Shown here: positions 1 through 14,805 of the stretch, one piece after another
How the letters are laid out: every line of letters begins with the position of its first letter
How positions within the stretch are numbered: position 1 is the first letter of the stretch
NCBI GenBank assembly: GCA_964016885.1
Contig: OZ024742.1
Location: forward strand, 344,410,001-344,474,000
Origin: Eledone cirrhosa
Taxonomy: Eukaryota
DNA: 64,000 nt
Direction of reading: 5' to 3'
Position numbers and translations under genes: made by a program
Notes under the pieces: model-generated
Told to the model about the DNA's origin: nothing
Database searches by the model: none
Seen by the model: the letters and a program-made list of their open reading frames with translations, nothing else

Positions 1-1096
1 GACACGCGCTCAGGCTACTACATCTCCACCTCTTCCTCGACGGTGATCAGGTTTGGTCGCCGTTTGCTAGACACGTATTTCCCCAGCTCGCTTCCTTGAC
101 GGAGCTGCAGTCCTGGGTCAAGCGAAGACCGAGAGGGAGCGCCTGGAGACTGGAATGTCTTCAGGCGCTCACAGCCCTCGACCAATCGGGCAATGTGATC
201 GGTGGAATCTCCACCTCGGCGTTCTATAGAGGATTAGTGGAGGGGAAGAGCAACGACGTACTTAGGGAAACTCTAGGCGTCGACGAAAATCAACTAGCCA
301 ATCTCTTCGGAAGAACTTTCGGGCCGGGACCTATGGACAACTTCCAGAAATCTCTGGCCTGGCAAGGCTACCGAGGAGCCTTGCCAGTTAGGGATAAACT
401 CTACAGGCATGGAGGTGCCGTCAGTCGGGCATGTCCGAGATGCGCGCAGGGCGACGAAACCGTCCTGCACGCACTCGTCCAGTGTCCGAAAATTGCTGAC
501 TTGTGGGTTTGTGTCGAACACCTCCTGTCGCGTGTAGGACGGATCCGGCTATCATCTGAGTCCATCGTGAGGATTGCTCCGCCCTCTTCCTTTAGCCGGG
601 AAGGGCAGGCAGTTTTTATCTGTCTGGTGGCCATGGCGAAATAGATAGTATGGTGGACACGTTTGAAAGGGCTGAAGAGGATCACTTACCTCTTCGGTGA
701 TGCCCTGATTGACTTTTTCAACTTTCATTTGAAAAGGAAAATCAGAGTAGAGAGGGAAGTGCTCTCTTCCCAGCATTTTGTTGAAAGATGGGTGACAGAA
801 GCAAGAATGGCCCGAGTGAATGGGCCTACTCTGGGTACGTATCTGTAAATTAAAGGTGGAAAACTGGGAGAGGGCACTTGCCTTGGTGGTCAAGGTCACA
901 GCGGCCTTTTACTGGGCTTTCTCCACAAATGTCCCTCGGAAGTCTCCCCCCTATTGGGGAATGTTTTCACTGTTATTTTTTGTTACATCCTCTGTTTTTG
1001 TTTTTTACACGCAGAAATGCCCATTTGTACCGTCCTGTATTGTCCTGCACTGTCCTTAATGTCTACTTTATGTAAACCCTTGTGGTTAATAAAGAA

Positions 1097-1120
<24 letters not shown>
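1..1120 (+). mobile_element. 3' part of L1/Tx1-like non-LTR retrotransposon (degenerate), ending in AATAAA and a (TTA)n tail
   Basis: ORF 96-644 has zf-RVT-like motif W..YRGALPVRDKL..CPRC..ETVLHALVQC; internal stop at 642-644; homologous to 62331-64000 (-). Confidence 0.8.
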
Positions 1121-1137
<17 letters not shown>

Positions 1138-1145
1138 GATATATA

Positions 1146-1193
1146 GGGCGGTGCCCCAGCATGGCCTCAGCCGGACGGCTAGAACAGGTAAAA
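1146..1193 (+). repeat. Short GC-rich SINE-like 3' fragment within (TA)n
   Basis: gggcggtgccccagcatggcc...aaaa resembles a common cephalopod short-repeat tail; recalled, not database-checked. Confidence 0.35.
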
Positions 1194-1223
1194 TATATAT
1201 ACATATATATACTCAAGGTTTAG

Positions 1224-1279
<56 letters not shown>

Positions 1280-1292
1280 CTAAACCTTGAGT

Positions 1293-1706
<414 letters not shown>

Positions 1707-1722
1707 GACACACACACACACA

Positions 1723-1827
<105 letters not shown>

Positions 1828-1829
1828 AT

Positions 1830-2415
1830 CGAAGGACTATTTTTATATGTAACCCATGTGCAAACCACGCAGTATTCTTCTTTCTTATGTTTTTTATATA
1901 TATTTACCTCGGCTGCGTTTCTCTGTTTCTCTCTTACTGCTTCCCCGCTCTCTTTGTTTCTCTCACCTTCTTTCGCCCCCTCTGTCAGTTACACTTTCTC
2001 TCGACTGACCTCTTCCTCACACTTCCACTCACTCACTCTCTGTTTCTCCCCTTCTCACTTCCTCCCGTTTGGCTTGTGTGGGTCTCTTCTTGCTCACATC
2101 TCACACATATCAACACGGTCTGTACCTCTCTCGCTCATGAAATCCACCCAGTTTATGCTGACCGGACAACCATGTTGCTTGTTTATTTTCCTATCTTCGG
2201 TTTGCTTTTATCCTTCTATGTTGTTTACTTGTCCCCCTCGCCTTACGCGAATTCTGGTCCCAATAACTTTTTTTAGTTATTGCTCGCACCAACCTGAGTT
2301 ATCTGATTTTTAATGTGATGAAATACAAATGATGGTTGGAAAATCACTGACGAAGGACTATTTTTATCATATGTAACCCATGTGCAAACCACGCAGTATT
2401 CTTCTTTCTTCTCAT

Positions 2416-2419
<4 letters not shown>
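1830..2419 (+). mobile_element. Non-coding ~521-bp unit with ~65-bp terminal direct repeat, in (TA)n (retrozyme-like or non-autonomous PLE)
   Basis: cgaaggactattttt...gcagtattcttctttctt starts at 1830 and 2351; homologous to the tandem unit at 33409-34766 (-). Confidence 0.7.
2255..2360 (+). ncRNA. Candidate non-circularly permuted hammerhead ribozyme
   Basis: AUC(2301-03), stem I ugauuuu, GAAA(2320-23), aaaauca, CUGACGA(2347-53); covaries with 33461-33563; stem III partly mismatched in this copy. Confidence 0.6.
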
Positions 2420-2484
<65 letters not shown>

Positions 2485-2487
2485 TAT

Positions 2488-2890
<403 letters not shown>

Positions 2891-3984
2891 TTCCAGGCAG
2901 CTTGTTCCAACCGCGTCCATTTGCTTGATGCTTTCCTCAGTCGCGCCCCATCCACCTACCTACTGGCCTACCTGTCGTACGGGTCCTCGGGCATGCCCTT
3001 CACTGCGAGCAAGGTCATACCATTTCCAACCGGCGGTCAACAATACATTGGGCCCACTGCTCTTCGTTTTCAGGGTAGACAATGCTGCTCTGAGTAACAG
3101 AACATCTCTCAACGTATGATACCTGAAAGATTAGATAATGTGTGGGCCGCAGAGAGTGTCTGCTGAGATCTCCGATCAGTGGTTCCGGCTTTGGCGAGGA
3201 AAGGCTTCGAGATAAACTCGTCCATGTCGGAGGCTGTAAATGTCAATTACGCCACCGAGAGCTTCGGATGCCCTCTCGGACGTGCGATCATTATTCCATC
3301 AGGTGCAGGTACCCCTTAAAAAGACGTCCTTATTTTTGATTCGCGTATCTACCCTCTTACCATACATTCCTCCTCAAGTCCAGGCTTCACCAGTTCAAAT
3401 CCCTGACGAGCGGGCTGAACCTGACCAATGTCTACCCGGCGCTTTCATGTTAAGGAACTGATTCCCCATGCGAAAGCTTCTATACACCTTCCGCAGTGTT
3501 CTCTGCTACAGTATCTCAATTCTTCTCACAGATCTCGACGCCTGTATCCTACGGTCTTCAGAGGAGATATGAACGCCCCGTTTTATGACACCGGGTGGCA
3601 AGATACCAACTTAACCACTTATACACATGTTTCACATTGATAACGTTTTTCTGTATTTTCAATTATCTGTGTTTCTTATTTTATTATGTTAATTTGTATA
3701 AATACCTCTTTTGTATAGATTGTGTAATTTAGGGACAAATTCACCAAAATATTATTACTTGTTCTTAAGGGTCCCCCGAATAAAAAACAATCAGCTGGAA
3801 AGCACTGCTCCAGTGTATTAGCTGTCTAAACACAAGCCATGTCATTGTACATAGGATGAGAATGCGGATCATTTAATACAGTCATGGACAAAACTCAGCA
3901 CACTTGGACTTCTGAATGGCACGCTTCATTTCAAAATTGCCTGGAATATTTTTAGTAGTGCGGCCCACCATAAGTTGAGCCACA

Positions 3985-4096
3985 CGAAGGACGAGCGTCC
4001 GAAACGTTAAGACCCTCTTCCTGCTCTATCAAGCGTTAACCTAATATATCCTTTCCATATACACTACCGATTGTGTTGTTATTTCTGTTTACCTTT

Positions 4097-4098
<2 letters not shown>
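3985..4098 (+). mobile_element. PLE 3' tail fragment, same family as 46765-46864
   Basis: cgaaacgttaagaccctcttcctgct...ttgttatttctgtttaccttttac shared with 46765-46864. Confidence 0.65.
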
Positions 4099-4138
<40 letters not shown>

Positions 4139-4989
4139 CTTATTTTGATTTAACATGCAAGTAGGTGAGAACACTTTGGAGAGAGATTCTGTTTTATTTT
4201 TTTTTACGAAGTATACACTTCGTCGTATTGCCGTAGTGTTACAAATGTCACTAAGGGAAATATAAAATATACAATTATCGATGACGAAATATAGATTAAA
4301 TAAGGGGGTTTATAAGGTTGTATAAATAGAAATCCCAATATATCTATATATCACATTTCAAAATATATATTGGATTGAGGTTACGTATTTGTATGGTTTC
4401 AGTAAAGAATTATCGGAACAAACAGTAGCAACATCAACATCAACATCATTTTAACCACATAATTACTACTGAAACAAACTAGTGTAAAGATAACGAAAAA
4501 TAAATTTGTGGCTTACAACAAAAGTGTTTGAATGCAGTGGATTGACTCCTTAGAAAAAGATAGAGATCTTTCGCTAACTCAGCATTGGATTATTTACAGA
4601 TATGAAAAACAAATACAATGATAAAAATATTCAGATATTTTCTGTTTTGTTTAACACAACTTATACCTAAAATATAAGATTCTCTTCTCGTTTCTTATCA
4701 GATGCCACTAAACTCTTCATTGTGTCTACAAGCTACATCTTCTCTAGATCTTTATCTTCTATGTCACTGAAAAAAAGCATATTGTAAATTATATTACCAG
4801 ATTGGGGAATATTTGATCAATCTATTCTACATACCTATCGGTATGTATGTATATATGTACTTATGTATGCCTGTGTGTGTGCATGTATGTATGTATGTAT
4901 GTGTTTGTGCATGAATGTATGTATGTATGTATGTATGTATGTATGTATGTATGTGTTTGTGCATGAATGTATGTATGTATATATGTATA

Positions 4990-5371
4990 CAAGAATTCTA
5001 GGAGAAGGAAAACTCTGATATAACACCTGCAACCCTGATGGTATCCAATGATGTTGACTTGTTCTTCTTTTTGGTAAATATCATCTTGGTTAAGAGAGTG
5101 GGACTGGCTTTGTGCAGTGCCTTTGCTCACTATAAAAGCTTCACGGCACAGGCATTGCTTTGTATCTGGAGATCTCTCTGCACTTGTCGTCACATGGTAC
5201 CAAAGGCAAAGCACTATGTGTCAATAATTGTCACAAGTGTAGAGTTTGTACCAGAGTTTTCAAGTCACTGGCTGGACTAAAAAGTCACACTCGTTCAGCG
5301 CATCGGTGGGGGTTCTCCTACATGGATATAAAGTAGTGGCCGTACTCGAAAACGAGTTGGCAGCCACCATA
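4990..5371 (+). mobile_element. 5'-truncated non-autonomous RTE-related element in (TATG)n
   Basis: Near-identical to 7038-7416 and to 55785-56165 (-). Confidence 0.7.
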
Positions 5372-5519
5372 TATGTATGTATGTATGCACTTATGTATGT
5401 ATGTATAAATATATGTACATACACACATATACACACACATATATACATATATAAATGCATGTATATATATATATATATATTTATATATACATGTGTGTAT
5501 ATATATATATATATATATA

Positions 5520-5696
5520 TTAGAAAGTGAGATTTTTTTTATAAATTGAAAAATAACCGAGGTGTCCTACACGAGTGAAAGTATAAAGAAAAAGAGATGA
5601 AATCGAAAATGCAACTGGAGTCTTATTTTTTTTATAAATATATATATTTAAAAAAAAAATAAGACTCCAGTTGCATTTTCGATTTCATCTCTTTTT

Positions 5697-5700
<4 letters not shown>
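5520..5700. repeat. Fold-back element end in (TA)n; related copy at about 17935-18155
   Basis: Inverted arms aaagagatgaaatcgaaaatgcaactggagtctta / taagactccagttgcattttcgatttcatctcttt. Confidence 0.65.
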
Positions 5701-5767
<67 letters not shown>

Positions 5768-5768
<1 letters not shown>

Positions 5769-6290
5769 AGTTATTCCGGCTTGAATCGGAGGTAACCACA
5801 GTAATTAAGGTACTCAATACATAACAGAGTATAAAAGTTTTAATATAGAAGAGCTTCTACAGGACTAGAACTGTTTCATTCGTGAGCAATCATCAGGAAG
5901 CTGGCTGTCCAAGTAAGTAGTGGTATTTATATATTTTCTTTTCTGATGTTAGGAAAGGGTGGGGATTGGGATGGGTGGAGGTCATTGGTTGAAGGATTTA
6001 AAGAAAAGGGAGTTCATTAAAAGCTAATTCTTTAAAGCTATAATATTAACAAAGGCAGAAAGAATATTGTAAACAAATCAAATTTGGAATATCAATCCTT
6101 GTTCATCACTTCGACTAACAATGCCTGTAAGACAGGTGTCTACAGGATGGGTTGGGTTCAATGGTTTAGAGAAAAGGGAAATTCTTTAGAAGCTAATTTT
6201 TAAGGCTGGAATAAAGGGGACAAAGTCAGAAAGGGTTCCATCATGCACAAAAACTTTGCAACTTTCAAATACCTTAAGCCAGTGTTAATG
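5768..6290 (-). mobile_element. PLE family E 3' region; homologous to 29273-29727 (+)
   Basis: Shared sequence, HHR near the terminus, end abuts (TA)n. Confidence 0.7.
5852..5902 (-). ncRNA. Type I hammerhead ribozyme (family E)
   Basis: agcttc CTGATGA ... GAAA cag-loop-ctg TA gaagct; GUA site; 6-bp stem I. Confidence 0.75.
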
Positions 6291-6612
6291 CCAGATGGCT
6301 AAAAAAAGACTCCTTTTTTTTTTTAACGCCATTCGACAAAATACCCCTCCGCCCCCTTCCCACACGACCCCTACCCCCTATCGACCCGAAACACGGCACT
6401 ATGGTCATGTAAGTACTTATTACCTATCTACTCTTTCCGCATGTAGAGCGTACTTCATCTTAATACTGTATATATGTGTGTGTGTATTTGTGTATATTTA
6501 TGAGTGTATGTATGTACGTATTTGTATGAGTGGCCGTACGATTGTATGCGTATGTTTGTGTGTACGTGCGTTTATATGTATTTACGTATATGTGTTTGTG
6601 TGTGTATGTATA

Positions 6613-6723
<111 letters not shown>

Positions 6724-6813
6724 GTATGTGTATATTTATGTATATATATATATATATATATATTTGTATGTATGTATGTATGTGCGTATGTATGTGCGTA
6801 TGTATGTATGTAT

Positions 6814-7416
6814 GTCAGGTCACCAGTTGGTGCTACTGGTAACATGTTTCCCAGTACAACCTGTCTCATGGTCGGGTCGTTGGCGACTAAACTGGCAACC
6901 CCTCCAAGGTTTCTTGGTGAGGAGGGTGACTTTGGACATCCTGCAGGACTAAAACCAAAACCTGTCAAAGGAGCTCTTAAGAGTCAATGGCCATCCAAAA
7001 TCACCGGGAGAGATGACCCCTTAGCCTTTGTCAAGGCAGAATTCTAGGAGAAGGAAAACTCTGATATAACACCTGCAACCCTGATGGTATCCAATGATGT
7101 TGACTTGTTCTTCTTTTTGGTAAATATCATCTTGGTTAAGAGAGTGGGACTGGCTTTGTGCAGTACCTTTGCTCACTATAAAAGCTTCACGGCAAGGCAT
7201 TGCTTTATATCTGGAGATCTCTCTGCATTTGTCATCACATGGTACCATGGGCCCAGCACTATGTGTCAATAGTTGTCACAAGTGTAGTGTTTGTACCAGA
7301 GTTTTCAAGTCGCAGGCTGGACTAAAAAGTCACACTCGTTCAGCGCATCGGTAGGGGTTCTCCTACATGGATATTAAGTAGTGGCCGTACTCGAAAACGG
7401 GTTGGCAGCCACCATG
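6814..7416 (+). mobile_element. ~600-bp non-autonomous RTE-related element flanked by (TATG)n
   Basis: Full copy also at 55785-56396 (-); encodes remnant C2H2 finger [22 protein letters not shown] similar to the RTE C-terminus at 56784-57005. Confidence 0.7.
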
Positions 7417-7571
7417 TATGTATGTATATATATGTATATATATATATATATATATGCGTATATGTATGTATGCATGTATGTATGTGTATATATATATATG
7501 TATATATATATATGGGTGTGTATGTAGGTGTTTATTTATTTTTATATTTTGTATGTATATATGTGTGTATT

Positions 7572-7624
<53 letters not shown>

Positions 7625-7692
7625 GTGTGTATGTGTTTTTATTTATATATGGGTGTATGTGTGTATATATGTGTATATATGTGTTTATATAC

Positions 7693-7765
<73 letters not shown>

Positions 7766-8147
7766 GTGTGTGTGTGTATATATATGTGTGTGTGCGTGTG
7801 TGTATATATATATGTGTGTGTATAGATATATATATATGTGTGTGTATAAATATATATATATATATATGTATATTTATTAAAATAACAGATTAAAGTTTAA
7901 GCAAAGAATCGCTGCTTTCACCCTTAACGGGATCTTCTGAAATATTTACTCTACGGTTCTTATATATTTGATATATATTTATCCTTATTGAGCCCTCTTT
8001 GGATTTTAGTCTTCAAATTTATTATTATTACTATATATATATATATATGTATATATATATTTATGTATATATATATATGTGTGTATGTGTTTTTATTTAT
8101 ATATGGGTGTATGTGTATATATATGTGTATATATGTGTTTATATACG

Positions 8148-8261
<114 letters not shown>

Positions 8262-9255
8262 TGTGTGTATAGATATAGATATATATGTGTGTGTATAAAT
8301 ATATATATATATATATGTAGGCGGTGAGTTTTATTGTAGTACAATAAAGCAATGCAGATATCGGATAAGAAGCACTCTACAGTTTGTAGGACTGGAGTAT
8401 AAATAATATATAAGATCAAAAGATGGTTAAAAGAGTTCCATATATTTTATTATGCGCATTCCAAAAACAAATTTCATCATGCAATAACATTTGCGTTTTC
8501 GTCAGATAAAATAGGGAGACATGATATGAAGTTTAAAACACACTTGTGAATAGTGTAGTTTTAAATCAACATATGAAAAGTAGTTTTAGATTGATGTGTG
8601 ATATTGGGAAAAATTTTGAGGGGGTAGGGGGGTTGGAAATGATGAAAAGGAGGAGGAGATGAGAGTAAAAAGTGGAGGGGGAGGAGTATAATGAGGAAGG
8701 ATGAGATATGAGGAGAGATGGGTGATAGAGAGAGAGAGATAGCTTTTATAACTGAGAAAAAATATATTGTTTTACATAGAGAGCTTGAAAAACCGTTGGA
8801 AGATAATGTATAAATTAAAAGAATTTGAAAATTAACGAAGTGAAAAATAATGTTAAGTTAAGGTTTGTATATTGAAGGGTTTAATAATATGTGCGATGTA
8901 AAGAAATTGTTAATATGTATTAAGAATAATATTTAAGGGTTTAATAATACGTGCGATGGAAAGAAATTGTTGATATGTTCTTTCCATTCTCACATAAGCG
9001 TATTTGCGTCTACATAGAAATACGGACAGGGACATAAATACATACACATACATATACACAGATAGATATGCACTCGAAAATGTACATACAAATACGGGAA
9101 GTAGTTTAGAAGCAGGAATAACTAAATAAATAAGAACAAAATATACAATATATATGTATAAGCAGAAGGGATATTCAATTTGTTGGTAATTCAACAAATA
9201 TAAATGTTTGTATCTGATTCAGAGCACTCGACAATTTTTTTGGAGTATAATATTC

Positions 9256-9592
9256 AATGATATTAAATAAATGGAAACTATATTTATAAAACCATATTTA
9301 TTCTATTATAAATATTTCAAGAGTACCAAAAACTTTGGTACTCTTTCATCAGATAAAATACAAAGTGTGTTTTATAAATTTTGACATAGCCAAGGAACAT
9401 ACCTTAACAGTTGAAGTTCCCCTATCCAAGGAAAATTTCAACTGTTAAGGTATGTTCCTTGGTTATGTCAACATTTATAGAACACACTTTGTATTTTATC
9501 TAATGAAAGAGTACCAAAGTTTTTGGTACCCTTGAAATATATATAATAGAATAAATATGGTTTTATAAATATAGTTTCCATTTATTTAATAT

Positions 9593-9597
<5 letters not shown>
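9256..9597. mobile_element. Fold-back PLE 3'-end insertion; HHR on minus strand at 9302-9357, mutated copy on plus at about 9495-9550
   Basis: tttat CTGATGA aagagtaccaaa/tttggtactctt GAAA tattta TA ataga; about 165-bp inverted arms. Confidence 0.75.
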
Positions 9598-9674
<77 letters not shown>

Positions 9675-9676
<2 letters not shown>

Positions 9677-10437
9677 TTAACCGACACAAAGTTAAACTAG
9701 GATACTCCTGCGCTAAGAACATGAAGGCCCACAGCACCACCAACCCTAGGAGCAACACCCCACCAGGGTCCTCTTGCCGTAAGCCTGAAGCTTGCCCCCA
9801 TCAACAGCAATGTAACACACCAGCTGTAATCTATGAAGCTGTGGTCACTTCCAACCGAGCAAACGAACCACAGGAGGTCAAATCCTATGTGGGCATGGCG
9901 GAGGGCCGAGTCAAAGAACGTTTCCTGAATCACCAGTCTACCTTCAGGTACCCGGACAGACGTTCATCCACGAAACTCGGGAGCCACGTATGGTCCCTCA
10001 AGGACTCAAGTATAGACTACTCCATTCAATGGAAAGCGATCACTAAGTCCAAGCCATACGCAAGGGGAAATCCGACTTATGTATTGACGAACGAATAACT
10101 ATTCTAAAGAGATTACGCAATAGTGATTGCCTAAACACGAGATGGAATTTTTCACACGTTGTCCACACGTCACCAAACACCTATTACATATCTACAAGGC
10201 TCCGGACTGATTCTTTGTAATTTTATTTTCAACCTAAAAACTTTTATGACTTTCGCAGTTATCTCCATTGCACCTCTCGCACGCAGTCTAGTATCGTTTG
10301 TGTGAAGTGACCGGGTATCTGCGCATGCGCGTTCGTACGGTTGTCCTTCCTGTTCCTATAACCATGCCATTCCGAGCTGAGGATCCGCTAAGGTGAAACA
10401 ATTGTTCTCGGTATGGTGAACTAACTGTTGCGTAACC

Positions 10438-10442
<5 letters not shown>
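9675..10442 (+). mobile_element. 5'-truncated PLE: GIY-YIG C-terminus plus 3' UTR
   Basis: VIYEAVV...YVGMAEGRVKERFLNHQSTF...W; similar to the ORF end at 13300-13600. Confidence 0.8.
10372..10411 (+). ncRNA. Minimal type I hammerhead with palindromic stem III
   Basis: ccgag CTGAGGA tccgctaaggt GAAAC aatt GTT ctcgg. Confidence 0.75.
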
Positions 10443-10532
<90 letters not shown>

Positions 10533-10669
10533 AGAGTAAAAATCATAATTAAAATCAAAATAAAGTCAAAAAGGGGACGTGTTGACAACGAAAGTAGTGG
10601 GGGGAAGGGGGAAAACTATATAAAATAGAAACAACTTAAAAATAAACAAATACACACGATATGCATATA

Positions 10670-10769
<100 letters not shown>

Positions 10770-11238
10770 AACCAGTAAGACCCCGACAGCTGAGCTCAAG
10801 CCGTTTCGACGGCTAATTCTGGACTAAATGAAAATTTATCCTGGTATTTAAATAGCCGATCTTCTCAAGGGGTAATTCCATATATGGTCAAAGTGATTGT
10901 CAAAAATCAGTAGTAATTCTGTGGTTGCAAATTAGTAGGGGAGATGGTGGCTAAACCTGCCAGTAGGAGAAAGAGGGGAGGGGGTGGAGTAGACCCAATC
11001 AAGCGTTGGTAGTGCCAGCTACAGCTGAGCATGAGGTCAAAGAAGATACAGGGGAGGGGGGGAGGAAGTCGGAACGGTAAGTAGAACAATGGGGGGTAGA
11101 AATATATAGGAAAGAAAAAATACTGATAGTGAAGAAAAGCAAATAAGTGTAAAGAAAAAAGTAAAGTAAATTAAATTCTACGACCTAGGTGTCAGGCTAT
11201 TGTTAGGCTAGAATAAAATAAAGAAAGAAAGAAAGAAG

Positions 11239-11273
<35 letters not shown>

Positions 11274-11536
11274 GGAAATAAGTAAAAGAACTAGGTGGGG
11301 CGGTTTTGGCAAGGACCCTTTTAAGAGGTATAAGTACGTAAATGATACGGTGACGGGTCAACAAAAGGGGCCAAAATACTAAAGAACTATTGAGTACTTT
11401 GGTGCGTTATGGTCCACCTGGTTCCTTACCACATTTTCTTCGTTATCTAGCTCCTACTCCCGTAGTAGAGCACTTTCCGACCCTACCACGCCGTATCCAG
11501 ACTTTTCCGCTAAGCTAAATTCATTTCACCCGCACC

Positions 11537-13711
11537 ATGCGAAAACACAACATTGACTTCTCTACCAAGAACATCCCAATCCCACCGAAAAAACTTTACC
11601 TTCGGATGCTCACGCAAAAAATCGATCTATTTGCGAAAAGACTTAGATGGAGAACTTTTTTCTATGATAGATATTGCGACAACCAAGACTTCGGCACCAA
11701 GGAGAGATTCGGATTTATTACCTACAAATCTCCGCCCCTGAACCCCTTGCTCGCACCCTTCGAGAATGACCTCTTCCAACTGGTCAAGAACATTAAATTT
11801 AAACCCAGACACAACCGATTCCTACAAAAACTCCGTAGCAACTTAACAGAGTATGATAACACAAATGACATCATGGTGCATTCGGATAAAACTGGGAACC
11901 TATACTTTGTCAACCCTGACAGATACCACACACTGATCAGGAGCAGCCTAAACTCCACCTATAAAAAGGCCAACCACTCTTGCATCGAGGACATAAATTG
12001 AGATGGACAACAAATCACCTCCAGCCCCGGGGTCGCCGACCGCACGGAACCTCTAGACCCACGGACACCATACTTCACACTGAAGGACCATAAATCCGAT
12101 TTTGACCGTAAACCCTCTATCAGGCTTATTAACCCAACGAAGTCCGACATAGGGAGAATCAGCAAAAAAATCCTAGACCGCGTGATACCAAAAGTCAAGC
12201 AACACGCCCGACTTAGCCTATGGATCAACACCCAGGAAGTAATCTTATGGTTCAGCAACATGGAGGATAAACGAGACACTAAATTCATACAGTTCGACAT
12301 AGAGAGCTACTATGCTTCAATCACCTTACCGCTACTTACTGCCGCCTTGGACTTCGCCGAAACACTTGTGCCCATCACCGACCAGGAAAGAAAAATCATC
12401 CTCCACGCCAGGAAGACAGTCTTACTCTTTGACGACTCTAAATGGATAAAAAGAGCTCCCGACTCACCCTTCGACGTCAGCATGGGCGCCACGGATTCGG
12501 CGGAGTTCACAGATCTTATAGGATTATTCCTAATAGCCAAACTCACTGATATGTTTCCTGCATTCGGTGGTGGATTGTACCGTGATGATGGGCTCCTTAC
12601 CCTTAAAGGGTACAACCCCAGTAGTACAGATCGGGTCCGGAAACAATTAATCAGATTCTTCCGCGACTGGGGATTTAAAATAACCCTACAAACGTCCCTG
12701 ACCCGAGTAAACTTCCTGGACGTGACCCTCGACCTCGAAAACGACCTGTACTACCCATACAGGAAACCTAATGACAATCTGCACTACATCCACCGCCGAT
12801 CAAACCATCCTAGGAACATCACAAACAACCTGGTCAAAAACATCTCCCTCCGCATATCCCGTTTGTCAGCTAATGAGCGGATATTCGATGAACATGCGCC
12901 TTATTACAACCAGGCCCTCAAGCGAAGTGGTTTCCGGGAGGAAATATCCTACTGTCCAGCTCCCATTAGCGGAACCAGCAGGAGACACCGCCGCTCACGC
13001 AATGTAACATGGTTCAATCCTCCCCACAACGCAGAGGTGACTACTCCCATCGGGAAACTATTCTTTAGGCTCATTGAAAAACACTTCCCATTACAACACC
13101 GCTACCACAACATAATTAACAAAAATACCATCAAACTCTCTTACAGCACTACACCAAACTTCGCACAAAACATCGTCTCCTCTAACAACAAAAAACTCAA
13201 CCCCGATGGCAGAAATAACCTAAATAGCAGTGGAGAACCGACCAGGAGGTGTAACTGCCCGGATAGATCTATTTGCCCACTCGACAATAGATGCAGAGAC
13301 CGTAATGTGATCTACCAGTGCAACGTGAGGACGGATACCTCCAACAAAGCCTATATAGGACTTACCGCATGTGACTTCAAGACCCGGCTATACCAACATA
13401 GACATACCTTCCGAAACCCGGCCCGGCGTCACGCCACTACACTTTCGGGCCACATATGGGACCTCAAGGACAACAACATCACCTATGATCTCACTTGGAG
13501 ATTACTGTCCAGAGCCAATTCTTACACGGGAGGACGCCGTCCGTGCAATTTATGCTCGGAGGAAACTTTACAAATGCTGTTTTCGACGGACCAACTCCTA
13601 AACAAGAAAGATGAACTGGTTACTGCATGTAAACATAGATTGCGTAGGACTTACCTCGCCCTCAAACCCCATAATGACCCGGGGGGGGGGGGGGGTAGAC
13701 TAGGGCTATAA
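11537..13711 (+). pseudogene. PLE RT + GIY-YIG endonuclease ORF (about 724 codons) with one in-frame TGA at 11999-12001
   Basis: ORFs 11537 and 12182 are in frame; motifs SDKTG, TLKDHK, FDIESYY, YRDDG, FLDV, CNC-x5-CPL, VIYQC..YIG..KTRLYQH. Confidence 0.9.
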
Positions 13712-14805
13712 CATCCCACTTGCCGATTTTGCAATGGGTAACCCCTGCTTGCCAAGGAAGACGTAAGATCTTCTTTGTATTCTTTTATCGCTTCCTTTAT
13801 TTCCTTCCCCCTCTCTCCTTTGTCCTTCTACCCCAGCTCTTCTCCTTTGTCGGCGTCTTTTCTCGCCCACCCGAGGCTGCCCTTTGGCCCCATGTAGCCT
13901 TAGTACCCCCACCACCCCCTCCCCTAGTCTATGATAGATTTGGCGGACTCCGCCCTTTATAGCAGTTGGCTTAGACCCCGGATACTTGCCCCCTTTTTCC
14001 GACCGCTCCCACTATTCTCTGTGCCCTCTATATTTCTTAGTGGCACTTATGCCTTATTTTTTCGTTTCAGTATTTCTTGCTTCGCTTTTCTTCTGGGCGG
14101 GGTGGATCCTGAATTTATTTCTCCGTATTCTACCTTTATTTCGTACGAACTTTCATGTAGCTTGTTTTAGATCTTTTAGAGTTAGCATTAGTATATATTT
14201 TTCTCGGGACTCAGAATTATTATCTCGTACAAGTTCACTTTGCTGCACTGGGTCGTTGCTGGCCCGGGATGGAAACCTTTATTGTTTATTTCGTGGTAGC
14301 TTCTTTAGTATTTTGGCCCCTTTTGTTGACCCGTCACCGTATCATTTACGTACTTATACCTCTTAAAAGGGTCCTTGCCTTTTCCGTCCCACCTAGTTCT
14401 TTTACTTATTTCCTTATTTATTTATTTATTTATTTATTTACTTCTTTCTTTCTTTCTTTATTTTATTCTAGCCTAACAATAGCCTGACACCTAGGTCGTA
14501 GAATTTAATTTACTTTACTTTTTTCTTTACACTTATTTGCTTTTCTTCACTATCAGTATTTTTTCTTTCCTATATATTTCTACCCCCCATTGTTCTACTT
14601 ACCGTTCCGACTTCCTCCCCCCCTCCCCTGTATCTTCTTTGACCTCATGCCCAGCTGTAGCTGGCACTACCAACGCTTGATTGGGTCTACTCCACCCCCT
14701 CCCCTCTTTCTCCTACTGGCAGGTTTAGCCACCATCTCCCCTACTAATTTGCAACCACAGAATTACTACTGATTTTTGACAATCACTTTGACCATATATG
14801 GAATT

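Noticed and set aside
6817-6905. HDV-like ribozyme at the 5' end of the RTE-derived element
   Set aside because: It folds as simple hairpins; I could not build a convincing P1/P3/P1.1 double pseudoknot.
8875-8972. 60-bp direct repeat as a CRISPR-like array
   Set aside because: There are only two units in eukaryotic repeat DNA with no cas genes; it is a simple tandem duplication.
11999-12001. In-frame TGA as selenocysteine, as in some Naiad PLEs
   Set aside because: It is a single TGA outside any Cys motif in a C-terminal-endonuclease element, and no SECIS was identified. CGA to TGA decay is simpler, and the same change appears to hit the conserved Arg at 32199.
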